Positions 1 through 9,485 are shown, counted from the first letter of the stretch. The stretch: 64,000 bases of DNA from an uncultured Acidobacteriota bacterium (GCA_963770895.1 CAVYRF010000002.1:5376001-5440000), one strand, 5' to 3'. Made by a program: numbers and translations. The notes: generated by a model not told the origin, from the letters alone.

Positions 1-2190
1 GTCTGCCTGCGGATAGCAGCGAAGAGCAGCGATGCGACCGGCGCTTGGCGGATCGTGCGCGATCTTGCCGGAGCACTGACCCATTTCGGCGCTCCTGGCG
101 GCAACGAGCTTCTCCCGCTAGCCTCCGAGGAGGGTGCCGACGCAACCGAGCAAATCTTCGAGAGGGTGAGCCGCCGGCCGGGCATGATCGTAGGAAGCGA
201 TGAGCTGGCGGCCCTCGCGCACCTCCCGAGCGCCTCAGTGCGGGTGCCGAAATTCCTCCGGGAGATACGGCGCTCGAAAGCGGCGCCCGCTCTCTCCCAA
301 GGCGCGGGGATTCTTCTTGGCGAGAACCTTCATCACGGCAAGACCCTTGCCGTGCGGCTGCCCAATGATCTCCGTCTCCGGCATCTCCATGTGATCGGCG
401 CCTCGGGCTCCGGCAAGTCCACTCTTCTCATCGATCTCATCATGCAGGACATCGAAGAGGGCCGGGGCGTCGGCGTCCTCGACCCTCACGGCGATCTCGT
501 GGATGAGATCGCAGGCCGCATCCAGAAGGCGCGACTTCAGGACGCCATCCTCTTCGACCCGGCGGACACTGCCTACCCGGTTGCCTGGAACATCCTCGAA
601 GCCCACAGCGAGCTGGAGCGCACGCTCCTTGCCTCGGACCTCGTTGGTATCTTCCGCCGCTTCTCGACTTCCTGGGGCGATCAGATGACCTCGGTCTTGG
701 GGAACGCGGTCTTGGTGCTCCTGGAGAATCCCGGCTCGACCCTGCTTGACCTGCGCGAGTTCCTCGTGGATCGGCAGACCCGCGAGCGCTTGCTTGCCGC
801 GGTCGATGATCCATACCTCCTCTCGTACTTCCGACACGAGTTCGCTCTCGCGGCCGGGAAGAGCGTGGGCGCGATCCTCACCCGCCTTGATGGCTTCCTG
901 CGCTCAAAGACCGTGCGGCAGATTGTTGGCGCGAGGGAGAGCCGGCTCGACTTGCGCTCGGTCGTGGACCGCGGACAGATATTCCTGGCCCGGCTCTCCG
1001 AGGGCGCGATCGGCGAAGAGAACGCTGGGCTCTTGGGCTCCCTCCTCGTCTCCAAGTTCCACCAGATCACGATGAGCCGGCAGGAGGTGAAGCGGGAGGA
1101 ACGCCGTCCCTTCTTCCTCTACGCCGACGAATGCCAGGAGTTCGCAACGCCCTCCATGGCGCTCCTCCTTTCGGGAGCGAGGAAGTACGGCCTGGGGCTC
1201 GTCCTCGCCCACCAAGACCTGCGCCAGCTCGAAGCGAAGGCCCCGGAGGTTGCCTCCGCTCTCCTCGGAAACGCCGGAACGCGCATCGCCTTCCGCGTCG
1301 GCGACCGGGATGCGAAGGCGCTCTCTGAGGGCCTATCCTTCTTCGGACCCGGTGACCTCATGAGTCTCAAGGTAGGGGAAGCCATCGCCCGGATCGACAA
1401 CTCCCAAGGGGACTGCAACCTCAAGACGCAGCTCTTGCCGGCGGTCGCGGCAGAGACCGCCACGGAGCGGCACGACGCGATCACCGCTCACTCGCGGGAG
1501 CACTACGCCGTGCGGAGAGAGGAGCGGCAGAGAGCGGCAGAGCCGGCGCCAGAGGTGGCACGGCCGGCACCTCCGCTGGCGGAAAGGACGTCACCGCCGA
1601 CCCCGGCCCCACCAGCACCTGCCCCGCCGCAACCGGCACCGGCTCGCGAGCGGCGCCCATCGCCGGTAGAGCCCGCACCACTCGGCCGCGGTGGGCCGGA
1701 GCATCAGTATCTCCAAGAACTCGTGAAGCGATGGGCGGAGGCCAAGCGTTACCGCGCGACGGTCGAGGAGCCCTTGCCCTCGGGCGGCCGGGTGGACGTG
1801 GCCCTGCGGCGCGAGGGGCACGCGGTCGCTTGCGAGATATCGGTCACCACGACCGCCGAGCACGAGGTCGGCAACGTCCTGAAGTGCCTTGGGGCGGGCT
1901 TCGATGATGTGGTCCTCCTCTCGCTGCATCGCGGCACGCTCGGCAAGGTGCGGCAGGCGGTAGAAGCCAGGGTCGAGGGGAAGGACCGGGGGCATCTCCA
2001 CTTCATGAGCCCGGAGGAGTTCTTCACGTTCCTTGACGCTCCGGCGCCGGCCGCCACCGAGACAACGGTAGGCGGGTACAAGGTGAAGGTGAAGTACCGG
2101 GCGGCCGAGGGTGAGGCAGCTTCGAGGAAGAGCAAGGCGGTTTCGGAGATACTCCTCAAGAGCGTGAAGCGGATGAAAAAGGAGGAATAG
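1..2190 (+). CDS. VirD4/TraD-like (type IV coupling protein / HerA-FtsK superfamily) ATPase with a Pro-rich linker and C-terminal PD-(D/E)XK-like domain; 5'-truncated
   Basis: Frame is open from position 1. Walker A GASGSGKS, LDPHGDL, Walker B YADECQ and ARKYGLGLVLAHQ motifs. C-terminal segment VEEPLPSGGRVDVAL...VACEIS. Confidence 0.8.
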   Translation, partial: VCLRIAAKSSDATGAWRIVRDLAGALTHFGAPGGNELLPLASEEGADATEQIFERVSRRPGMIVGSDELAALAHLPSASVRVPKFLREIRRSKAAPALSQGAGILLGENLHHGKTLAVRLPNDLRLRHLHVIGASGSGKSTLLIDLIMQDIEEGRGVGVLDPHGDLVDEIAGRIQKARLQDAILFDPADTAYPVAWNILEAHSELERTLLASDLVGIFRRFSTSWGDQMTSVLGNAVLVLLENPGSTLLDLREFLVDRQTRERLLAAVDDPYLLSYFRHEFALAAGKSVGAILTRLDGFLRSKTVRQIVGARESRLDLRSVVDRGQIFLARLSEGAIGEENAGLLGSLLVSKFHQITMSRQEVKREERRPFFLYADECQEFATPSMALLLSGARKYGLGLVLAHQDLRQLEAKAPEVASALLGNAGTRIAFRVGDRDAKALSEGLSFFGPGDLMSLKVGEAIARIDNSQGDCNLKTQLLPAVAAETATERHDAITAHSREHYAVRREERQRAAEPAPEVARPAPPLAERTSPPTPAPPAPAPPQPAPARERRPSPVEPAPLGRGGPEHQYLQELVKRWAEAKRYRATVEEPLPSGGRVDVALRREGHAVACEISVTTTAEHEVGNVLKCLGAGFDDVVLLSLHRGTLGKVRQAVEARVEGKDRGHLHFMSPEEFFTFLDAPAPAATETTVGGYKVKVKYRAAEGEAASRKSKAVSEILLKSVKRMKKEE

Positions 2191-2290
2191 AGAGGGTCGG
2201 AGCCCGCGACCCGAGCCGAGGAAATATCCCAAGATGTGATATTTTTGGCTGGTTGAGGAAGACGATAAATCCGCAGGAAAGCGAGTGGTT

Positions 2291-3850
2291 ATGACCAAGG
2301 CAAAGCAAGCCGACGAACCGGCCTCTAAGCGCGTCGCGATCTGGATAAGGGTCTCGACCGAGGACCAGGCAAGGGGCGAGAGTCCCGAGCACCACGAGCA
2401 CCGCGCCCGCGGCTACGCCGAGATCAAGGGCTGGCAGGTCGTGACCTTGTATAACCTCGCCGGCGTCTCGGGCAAAGCCGTCATGGCCCACCCCGAAGCC
2501 CGCCGCATGATGGAGGACGTGAAGGCCGGCCGCATCTCGGGCCTCATCTTCTCCAAGCTCGCGCGCCTGGCCCGCAACACCAAGGAACTCCTCGACTTCG
2601 CCGAGTTCTTCAAGACCGAGGGCGCCGACCTCATCTCCCTTCAGGAATCTATCGACACCTCGACCCCCTCCGGCCGCTTCTTCTACACCATGATCGCCGG
2701 CATGGCCGCCTGGGAGCGAGAGGAGATCGCCGAGCGCGTCTCGGCCTCGGTCCCGATCCGGGCGAAGCTCGGCAAACCCTTGGGCGGTGCGGCTCCCTTC
2801 GGCTACCGCTGGCACGAGAAGCGGCTCGTACCCGACCCCGAGGAAGCGCCCGTCCGCCGCCTCATCTATGAGCTGTACATTGAGCACGGCCGGTTCCTCA
2901 CGGTCGCGCGACTCCTGAACGAGCGGGGATACCGCACGCGAAACGGCGGCAAGTTCTCGCACACGACCGTCGAGCGCCTGGTCCGTGACCCCACTGCCAA
3001 AGGCACCCGCCGCGCGAACTACACAAAGTCTCTCGGCGACGGCAAGAAGTGGGTCCTGAAGCCCGAGCACGAGTGGGTGGTCTCCGAGGTGGAGGCCATC
3101 GTTCCCGAGGAAATCTGGAGCGCGGCGAACGCCCTACTCACGGAGAAGCGAGCGGGAAAGCCCCGCATCGCCCGCCGGCCGGTGCAGCTCTTCTCCGGCC
3201 TCACCTTCTGCCACTGCGGGACCCGGATGTATGTCGGCAACACCCCGAAGTATTTCTGTAAGTCTTGCCGGAACAAGGTGCCGCAGGCGGACCTTGAGCG
3301 CGTCTTCCGGGAGCAACTGCGCCAGTTCGCGCTCTCCCCGGAGGAGGTTGCTTCCGCTCTCCATGAGGCCGATCGGGAGGTGGAGGCCAAGGCAGACCTC
3401 CTCCAGGCACTGGTGCGCGAGGATGCCCGCCTCGCGGACGAGGCCGAGAAGGTCTACCGCCTCTACCTCGCGGGCGAACTCGACCCCAAGGGCTTCGGGG
3501 CGCGCAACCGCCCGCTGGCGGCGCGGCGCGAGGAACTCGAAGCCGAGATCCCCCGGCTCCAAGGTGAGATCGACTTCCTCAAAATCCAGCATCTCTCCCA
3601 GGAAGAGGTCGTCACCGGAGCCCACGACCTCTACGAGCGCTGGGACGACCTATCCCAGGAAGACCGCCGCGGCGTCATCCAGGCCATCGTGGAGCGGGTG
3701 AGCGTTGGCAAAGACGAGATCGAGATCACCCTTGCCTGCCTTCCGAGGACCGCGGAACACCCGCCGCCCCCGCCTCCTCTGAAGATTGCGAACACTTATG
3801 CATACAACCCTGGGGATTCGTGCACCTTCTTGATCCGGTTCCGAGCCTGA
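2291..3850 (+). CDS. Large serine recombinase (resolvase, recombinase, Zn-ribbon and coiled-coil domains)
   Basis: WIRVST catalytic Ser motif, SKLARLARN, APFGY, CHCG...YFCKSC Zn ribbon and a coiled coil. ATG at 2291 (alternative GTG at 2285). Confidence 0.92.
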   Translation: MTKAKQADEPASKRVAIWIRVSTEDQARGESPEHHEHRARGYAEIKGWQVVTLYNLAGVSGKAVMAHPEARRMMEDVKAGRISGLIFSKLARLARNTKELLDFAEFFKTEGADLISLQESIDTSTPSGRFFYTMIAGMAAWEREEIAERVSASVPIRAKLGKPLGGAAPFGYRWHEKRLVPDPEEAPVRRLIYELYIEHGRFLTVARLLNERGYRTRNGGKFSHTTVERLVRDPTAKGTRRANYTKSLGDGKKWVLKPEHEWVVSEVEAIVPEEIWSAANALLTEKRAGKPRIARRPVQLFSGLTFCHCGTRMYVGNTPKYFCKSCRNKVPQADLERVFREQLRQFALSPEEVASALHEADREVEAKADLLQALVREDARLADEAEKVYRLYLAGELDPKGFGARNRPLAARREELEAEIPRLQGEIDFLKIQHLSQEEVVTGAHDLYERWDDLSQEDRRGVIQAIVERVSVGKDEIEITLACLPRTAEHPPPPPPLKIANTYAYNPGDSCTFLIRFRA

Positions 3851-3987
3851 ATTCCTACCAAGTGGCTGGGGCCTCTCCCGCTGGGACCGGCCACTCGCTG
3901 GCCCACCATCACAGCACCGCTGGTCTGGCGGGCTCGTCTCGCCCAGGCTACAGCGTCCGGCGCGAGTTGGCACCGCCCTCCCTCGCT

Positions 3988-4092
3988 CTAGACAGATGGG
4001 AAATTCGCGTCGGCGAGTGCATACACGCGCGCATTGACGACGGGCTGCATCACGCAACCTTTATGATCTTGCTGCTTTCGCGCTACGCGGTG
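3988..4092 (+). pseudogene. TIR-domain fragment
   Basis: LDRWEIRVGECIHARIDDGLHHATFMILLLSRYAV resembles the bacterial TIR core (WxDxWEIxxGDSIxxxIxxGLxxxxFxIxLLS). No N-terminal FISY strand and no downstream W..E helix. Confidence 0.55.
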
Positions 4093-4226
4093 ACTTACGA
4101 CACGTGGACGGGATATTCGGGCCTCTGACGTATCTGACCATGGCGGAGGCCGCAAAGAACATGGAGTGACGATTGAGCGCGCGCTCGGGTATCGCCTCAT
4201 GCTGAGGTGGACATGCCCGCGTCCGA

Positions 4227-4568
4227 TCATGGCAGCTCCTTTTCGATGCGCTCCAGCAAGCTCAGCACCTGAACGACATCCGTGCTCACGATCTTCCAGA
4301 GCGTGGCGTTGTCGAGCGTGAAGTAAGCATGCGCCAGTACGTCCCGTAGACCCGCGATCCCTCGCCAGTCAACTTCGGGATGGCGCTGCCGAATGTCCTC
4401 TGGCATTGCTTTCGCCGCCTCGCCGAGGATCTCCAAGTTGCGCAACGTGGCGTCGTATACCATTTCATCGGCAACGAAGTCCTCGACCTTTCGGCTGCCG
4501 GTATAGCGGATGATCTTCCGGGCTGCCTCCAGCATGTCCCGCAAGAAGAGCTCCCAGCTACGCGACAC
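4227..4568 (-). CDS. hepT: HepT / DUF86 HEPN ribonuclease toxin
   Basis: RDVLAHAY RX4H-xY motif and LEILGEAA; 113 aa; overlaps the end of the MNT gene. Confidence 0.88.
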   Translation of the reverse strand: MSRSWELFLRDMLEAARKIIRYTGSRKVEDFVADEMVYDATLRNLEILGEAAKAMPEDIRQRHPEVDWRGIAGLRDVLAHAYFTLDNATLWKIVSTDVVQVLSLLERIEKELP

Positions 4569-4851
4569 GAATCGCCTCAGCCTCCACCCAAGGCCGCGCC
4601 CAGGACTTCAGCGCCTTCTCCATGACGAGATCCACGCGGCGCCCCAGGCGATCTTCGATCCAGAACTTGAGACTCATGTACTCAGACAAACCCGGAGTCT
4701 CACGGAACCCAACCAGGATATCCACGTCGCTGTCCGGTCCCGCTTCGTCTCGCGCCACAGAGCCAAATAATGCGAGCGAGCAGACGCCGAATCGCTCCAT
4801 CAGCTCCTGCCGGTGGGAGGAGAGAAATCTGAGCACCTCATCTCGTCTCAT
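4558..4851 (-). CDS. mntA: MntA minimal nucleotidyltransferase antitoxin
   Basis: FGSVARDEAGPDSDVD (GSX10DXD) and RRVDLV. ATG at 4851 with GGAGG upstream; 97 aa. Confidence 0.88.
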   Translation of the reverse strand: MRRDEVLRFLSSHRQELMERFGVCSLALFGSVARDEAGPDSDVDILVGFRETPGLSEYMSLKFWIEDRLGRRVDLVMEKALKSWARPWVEAEAIRVA

Positions 4852-5148
4852 GGCCTGGTTCCTCCGGGAGATTGTGGGCCCGAGCCGTCGCCAGCACCTA
4901 GACATCCTACCAGTGCTGACGGGCCGGCACCCCTGCCCCCAGCAACTGCCGCTGGGCGCATCGGTAGGGAGGCTGATCCGCCGCAAGGCGCTATTTCGGG
5001 AGTGCTCGCCCAAAGGGGTCCGAGGTACCAGGGGATAGCCCGACAGGGGGAAAGGCGTCCTCAAAATGAGACGGCAAAAGGGCAACGAACCCCTGACCCT
5101 GCGTTGACGCGCGCCTGCCGCCCGGCCCGTGGCGGCCGGCGCTGGGGG

Positions 5149-6288
5149 TCAGGCGCCGGGGGCGATGCGTTCCATCAGCTCGAGCTGCACCAGGCGCATG
5201 AAGTCCTGGGCGTTGGTGATGACGCCGAACGCCTGGTGGGTGCCGCGATCCTTCAGCTTGTGGACGACGAACTCGGTCTGGTCAACGCAGATGGTGGTGA
5301 TCTCGGTGATCTGGCCGTCGGGGCGCACGCAGAAGGTGGGCAGCATGTTGCCGGTGGCGATGGCGTGCAGCGCCGTCGCCACCATCACCACCATGGTGGC
5401 GCGCGTGGTCAGCTCGCGCATCGCGGTCTGCGCTTCGGTGATCGACACGATGACCTCGGGCAGCGGCCCGTCGTCGCGGATCGAGCCGCCCAGGACGTAC
5501 GGCGTGCCGGTCTTGGTCAGGGCGTGCATGATGCCGCTTTGCAGCCTGCCGGAGTCGACCAGCGCCTGGATCGAGCCCGCCTTCTTGACCTCGTTGATGG
5601 TGCGCATGTGGGTGGTGTGGCCGCCCGCGGTGCCCGACCCGTCGGCCATCATGCCGAGGGTGGTGCCGAACAGGGCGGCTTCGATGTCGTGGACGCCGAC
5701 GGCGTTGCCGCTGATCACGGCGTGGCAGAAGCCGTTGTGGATCATCCATTCCATGGCCAGACGGCCGCGGGCGTGCACCAGGGCGGGCCCGATCACCCAG
5801 AGGATGAAGCCGCCGTCGCCGCGGTGGTGCAGGAACTCGCGATAGATGGCGTCGTAGTTGACCGGCTTTTCGCGGCTCACCTCGGAATCCATGAAGGCGA
5901 AGGCTTCGGGCAGGCGGGTGTCGTCGACCTCCCCGGCGAAGCCGCGGTCCCACACCAGCACGCCCTCGCTGCCGTCTTCGGCGACGGCGGTGGCGACCAG
6001 GTCGCCCTGGCGGACGACGCGGAACTCCTTGGCCTCCAGCCGCTGGGTGGCGGGGTCCCAGACCAGGTGGGAATCCATGCGGTGCCGCACCGGCATGCGC
6101 CAGGCGCCGCCCACCTTCACGTAGGTGGGGTGGTTGGTGGTGGACATGAAACCGTCCGGCAGCACGGTATCCGCCGGCGCCGGCGCGAAGCTGCACTCCG
6201 GCGCCGCCACCAGGTGCGGTTCGGTGAAATTGGGGGCACGATACATAGGGTCTCCCAGGCCCGCGGGCCGCGTGTTGACGTTGATCAT
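5149..6288 (-). CDS. TIGR00300 / LOR-SDH-domain protein (ornithine cyclodeaminase-like, related to the ArgZ/AgrE C-terminal part)
   Basis: STTNHPT, FAFMDSEVSREKP, GPALVH, GNAVGVHDIE, GSIRDDGPLP, LHAIATGNMLP and KLKDRGT motifs. Confidence 0.8.
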   Translation of the reverse strand: MINVNTRPAGLGDPMYRAPNFTEPHLVAAPECSFAPAPADTVLPDGFMSTTNHPTYVKVGGAWRMPVRHRMDSHLVWDPATQRLEAKEFRVVRQGDLVATAVAEDGSEGVLVWDRGFAGEVDDTRLPEAFAFMDSEVSREKPVNYDAIYREFLHHRGDGGFILWVIGPALVHARGRLAMEWMIHNGFCHAVISGNAVGVHDIEAALFGTTLGMMADGSGTAGGHTTHMRTINEVKKAGSIQALVDSGRLQSGIMHALTKTGTPYVLGGSIRDDGPLPEVIVSITEAQTAMRELTTRATMVVMVATALHAIATGNMLPTFCVRPDGQITEITTICVDQTEFVVHKLKDRGTHQAFGVITNAQDFMRLVQLELMERIAPGA

Positions 6289-6464
6289 GATGGGGGGGTA
6301 TGCCGCCGGCGGGCGGTTGCAGATCCCGCAGGCATCCTAGTGCCCTGCGCGGCTCCTTTGCAAGGCATGCGCGTGCTTCCGGCCCCTGGCGGCGTTGCTC
6401 AAGCGGGCGCGGCGCCGGCCAGCCGTCGCCTTTCCAGCAAGGGTCCTGGCATACTCATACCCCC

Positions 6465-8003
6465 ATGCTGCTCGCCGCTCTCGTCGCCACCTCGCGCCAG
6501 GTCGCCGCCACGCGGTCGCGGTCGGAAAAGATCGCGCTCCTGGCCGATCTGCTGCGCCGCCTGGCACCGGAGGAGATCGCAACGGCGGTGGCGTTCCTGA
6601 CCGGCCAGCCGCGCCAGGGACGCATCGGTCTGGGCCCCGCCGCCGTGCGGGCGGCGCGCCCTGACGGGGCGGCGGCGGTGCCGGCGCTGACGCTGGCGGA
6701 GGTGGACGCCGCCTTTGCCGCCATCGCGGCGGCCGCCGGCGCCGGTTCCGCCGGGCAACGCACGCGCCGGCTGGGCGCCTTGCTGAGCGGCGCCACGCGC
6801 GAGGAACAGGAGCTGCTGGTGCGGCTGCTGATGGGGGAGCTGCGCCAGGGCGCCCTGGCGGGCCTGGCGGTGGAAGCCCTGGCGGCCGCCGCGGCGGTCC
6901 CCGCCGACCGGGTGCGGCGGGCGGCGATGCTGGCGGGCGATCTGGCGGCGGTGGCGGAGCCGCTGCTGGTTGCGGGCGGCGCGGCCCTGGCGCGCTTCCA
7001 CCTGCAGCTGTTCCGCCCGCTGCAACCGATGCTGGCGCAGCCGGCCGAAGACGTCGGCGACGCCCTGGCGCGGCTCGGCACGGCGGCGTTCGATCTCAAG
7101 CTGGACGGCGCGCGCATCCAGGCCCACCGCGACGGCGACCAGGTGCGCGTCTACTCGCGGCTGGGCAACGACGTCACCGCCGCCGTGCCCGAGGTGGTGG
7201 CGGCGGTGCGCGCCGCGCCCGCCCGGCGGCTGGTGCTCGACGGCGAGGCCATCGCCCTGCGCGCCGACGGTTCGCCGCAGCCCTTTCAGCTGACCATGCG
7301 CCGCTTCGGGCGCAAGCTCGATGTCGAGCAGCTGCGCCGCGACCTGCCCTTGACCCCCTTCTTTTTCGACCTGCTGCACCTGGACGGCGACGACCTGATC
7401 GACCGCCCGGCCCGCGAGCGCTTCGCCGCCCTGGACGCCGCCGCGCCCGGCCGCGGGGTGGAGCGCCGCATCACCGATTCGGCCGCCGAAGCCGATGCCT
7501 TTTATGGCGAAGTGCTGCGCCAGGGGCACGAAGGGCTGCTGGCCAAGGCGCTGGACGCGCCGTACGAGGCGGGGCGCCGCGGCGGCGGCTGGCTGAAGAT
7601 CAAGTCCGCCCACACCCTCGACCTGGTGGTGCTGGCCGCGGAGCGCGGCCACGGCCGGCGCTCCGGGTGGCTATCCAACCTCCACCTGGGGGCGCGCGAT
7701 GCGCAGAGCGGCGGCTTCGTGATGCTGGGCAAGACCTTCAAGGGCCTGACCGACGACATGCTGGCCTGGCAGACCGAGCGCTTCGCGCAGCTGGCGCTGG
7801 GCACCGAGGACGGCTGGATCGTCCACCTGCGCCCCGAGCTGGTCGTCGAGGTCGCCTTCAACGACGTGCAGGAGAGCCCACAGTACCCGGCGGGCATGGC
7901 GCTGCGCTTCGCCAGGGTGAAGAGCTACCGCCTGGACAAGACCGCGGCGCAGGCGGACACCGTCGACGCCGTGCGGGCGATCTTCGCCGCCTCCCGCCGC
8001 TGA
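6465..8003 (+). CDS. ligB: ATP-dependent DNA ligase (LigB type)
   Basis: QPMLA, KLDGARIQ (motif I), LDGEA, FDLLHLDG, EGLLAK, WLKIK and LRFARV. Likely ATG at 6465. Confidence 0.9.
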   Translation: MLLAALVATSRQVAATRSRSEKIALLADLLRRLAPEEIATAVAFLTGQPRQGRIGLGPAAVRAARPDGAAAVPALTLAEVDAAFAAIAAAAGAGSAGQRTRRLGALLSGATREEQELLVRLLMGELRQGALAGLAVEALAAAAAVPADRVRRAAMLAGDLAAVAEPLLVAGGAALARFHLQLFRPLQPMLAQPAEDVGDALARLGTAAFDLKLDGARIQAHRDGDQVRVYSRLGNDVTAAVPEVVAAVRAAPARRLVLDGEAIALRADGSPQPFQLTMRRFGRKLDVEQLRRDLPLTPFFFDLLHLDGDDLIDRPARERFAALDAAAPGRGVERRITDSAAEADAFYGEVLRQGHEGLLAKALDAPYEAGRRGGGWLKIKSAHTLDLVVLAAERGHGRRSGWLSNLHLGARDAQSGGFVMLGKTFKGLTDDMLAWQTERFAQLALGTEDGWIVHLRPELVVEVAFNDVQESPQYPAGMALRFARVKSYRLDKTAAQADTVDAVRAIFAASRR

Positions 8004-8159
8004 TCGCCTCCTTCCAAGGGGGGGCCGGGGCGCGGGAGAGCGCCCGCCAGAGCTCGACGGGCGTCCGTCAGGACGGCGCCCAAAGCTCTCAAAACAAGCG
8101 CCGGCGGGCGATTTGTGCTAGGATCGATGGGTTGTACGCAGTGGCAGGAGGTTTTTCCG

Positions 8160-9440
8160 ATGTTCTGGACCAAGCGCGCCGCATGGATCTTCGCCCTGAT
8201 CGTGGGCGGCGCCGCGGGGACCCTGCACGCGCAGCAGCCGACGACCCCGTACTGGTTCACGCTGTCGGCGACGCCGCAGTGCCACCCCGCACCGCCGGTG
8301 GCGCCGGCCGTCGATCTCTACTGGCCGGCCCAGCCGCAGGCGCTCTCCTATCAGGTTTTTCAGGACGGCGCGCCGGTGGCCCTGATGGGGGGGCCCCTAT
8401 CCAGGTTCCAGGTGACGCCGCTTGCCGCCGGCCAGACCTACACGTTCTTCGTGCGGTCGAGCGACGAGCAGGGAGCGATCACCGATTCCAGCACCGTGAC
8501 GGTCACCGTGCCGCCGGGCACCTGCCCGATGGGCGGCGGCAGCTGCCCGCCGGGCGCCGTGTGCAGCGTCGGCGGGCGGTTCCAGGTGACGGCGCACTGG
8601 CTGCTGCCCTCCGCGGGCGGCATCCAGCAGAGCGGCGCCGGCACGCCGGTGCCGCTGTCCGACGACACCGGGGGCTTCTGGTTTGTCGATCCCAGCAGCC
8701 TCGACCTGATGGTCAAGGTGCTGGACGGCACCTCGGTCAACGGCTACTTCTGGGTCTTCTACGGCGCCCTGTCCAACACCGAGTACTACCTGGACGTCTA
8801 CGACACCCAGACCAGCAGCGCCAGGCAGTACTACAACCCCGCAGGCACCCTGGCCAGCTTCGCCGACACCGCCGCCTTCGCCGCCACGCCCCCGCCCCCA
8901 CCGCCGGGACCCGCGATCCTGAGCGCGGCCACCCTCGCGGCCGAGGTTAGCGGTGCGGCGACGGTTGCCGCCGGGGGCGACAAGGTGATCGAGCCCATGG
9001 GCACCGGCCTGGCCGCACCGGGCCGGGCCGGCGAGCAGGCCGGCCGAGCCGTGGCGGACGGCGGGCTTGCGGTGGTGGCCGATGCCGGGCAGAACGGCGG
9101 TGCGTGTGTGCCTGGCACCGGTGCCCTGTGTGGGTTGGACGGGCGCTTTCAGGTCACCGTCGCATGGTCGCTCACCGCGGGCGGCACGCCGACGGCGGCG
9201 ACGGCGGTGCCGCTGAGCGACGGCACCGGGTATTTCTGGTTTTTCGCCAGCACCAATGCGGAGCTGCTGGTCAAGCTCCTGGACGGCCGATCGGTGAACG
9301 GGCACTTCTGGTTCTTCTATGGCGCCCTTTCGGACGTTGCGTACACGATCAACGTCACCGACACCACGACCGGCATCGTCCGCACCTACCAGAACCCAGC
9401 GGGAAATCTGGCCAGCGTCGCGGACATCGACGCGTTCTAG
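8160..9440 (+). CDS. Secreted protein with an Fn3-like N-terminal region and two copies of a ~110-aa beta-rich domain
   Basis: AGGAGG RBS before ATG 8160 and a signal peptide ending LHA. Duplicated unit GRFQVT..W...PLSD.TG.FWF...VK.LDG.SVNG.FW.FYGALS...Y.NPAG.LAS.AD..AF. Confidence 0.8.
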   Translation: MFWTKRAAWIFALIVGGAAGTLHAQQPTTPYWFTLSATPQCHPAPPVAPAVDLYWPAQPQALSYQVFQDGAPVALMGGPLSRFQVTPLAAGQTYTFFVRSSDEQGAITDSSTVTVTVPPGTCPMGGGSCPPGAVCSVGGRFQVTAHWLLPSAGGIQQSGAGTPVPLSDDTGGFWFVDPSSLDLMVKVLDGTSVNGYFWVFYGALSNTEYYLDVYDTQTSSARQYYNPAGTLASFADTAAFAATPPPPPPGPAILSAATLAAEVSGAATVAAGGDKVIEPMGTGLAAPGRAGEQAGRAVADGGLAVVADAGQNGGACVPGTGALCGLDGRFQVTVAWSLTAGGTPTAATAVPLSDGTGYFWFFASTNAELLVKLLDGRSVNGHFWFFYGALSDVAYTINVTDTTTGIVRTYQNPAGNLASVADIDAF

Positions 9441-9465
9441 CCTCCCGGCGGGAGGCTAGAACGCG
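9431..9465. terminator. Perfect 16-bp stem hairpin between convergent genes
   Basis: CGCGTTCTAGCCTCCC-GGC-GGGAGGCTAGAACGCG; the stem includes the TAG stop of the upstream gene. No U-tract directly adjacent. Confidence 0.6.
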
Positions 9466-9485
9466 CGGGCAGACGCCGGGCCGTT

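Larger units (their letters stand above)
1..3850 (+). mobile_element. Terminal part of an integrative (mobilizable) element
   Basis: Coupling-protein-like ATPase directly followed by a serine integrase. Codon style looks different from the downstream chromosome. Att sites were not identified. Confidence 0.6.

Noticed and set aside
5030-5110. Possible tRNA fragment or riboswitch (GGGGTTCG on the minus strand) as an integration target
   Set aside because: No cloverleaf, proper T-loop or recognisable riboswitch consensus could be built by eye.
6465-8003. DNA ligase as part of an NHEJ or mobile-element system
   Set aside because: No Ku, polymerase or phosphoesterase module nearby; it looks like an ordinary stand-alone ligase.
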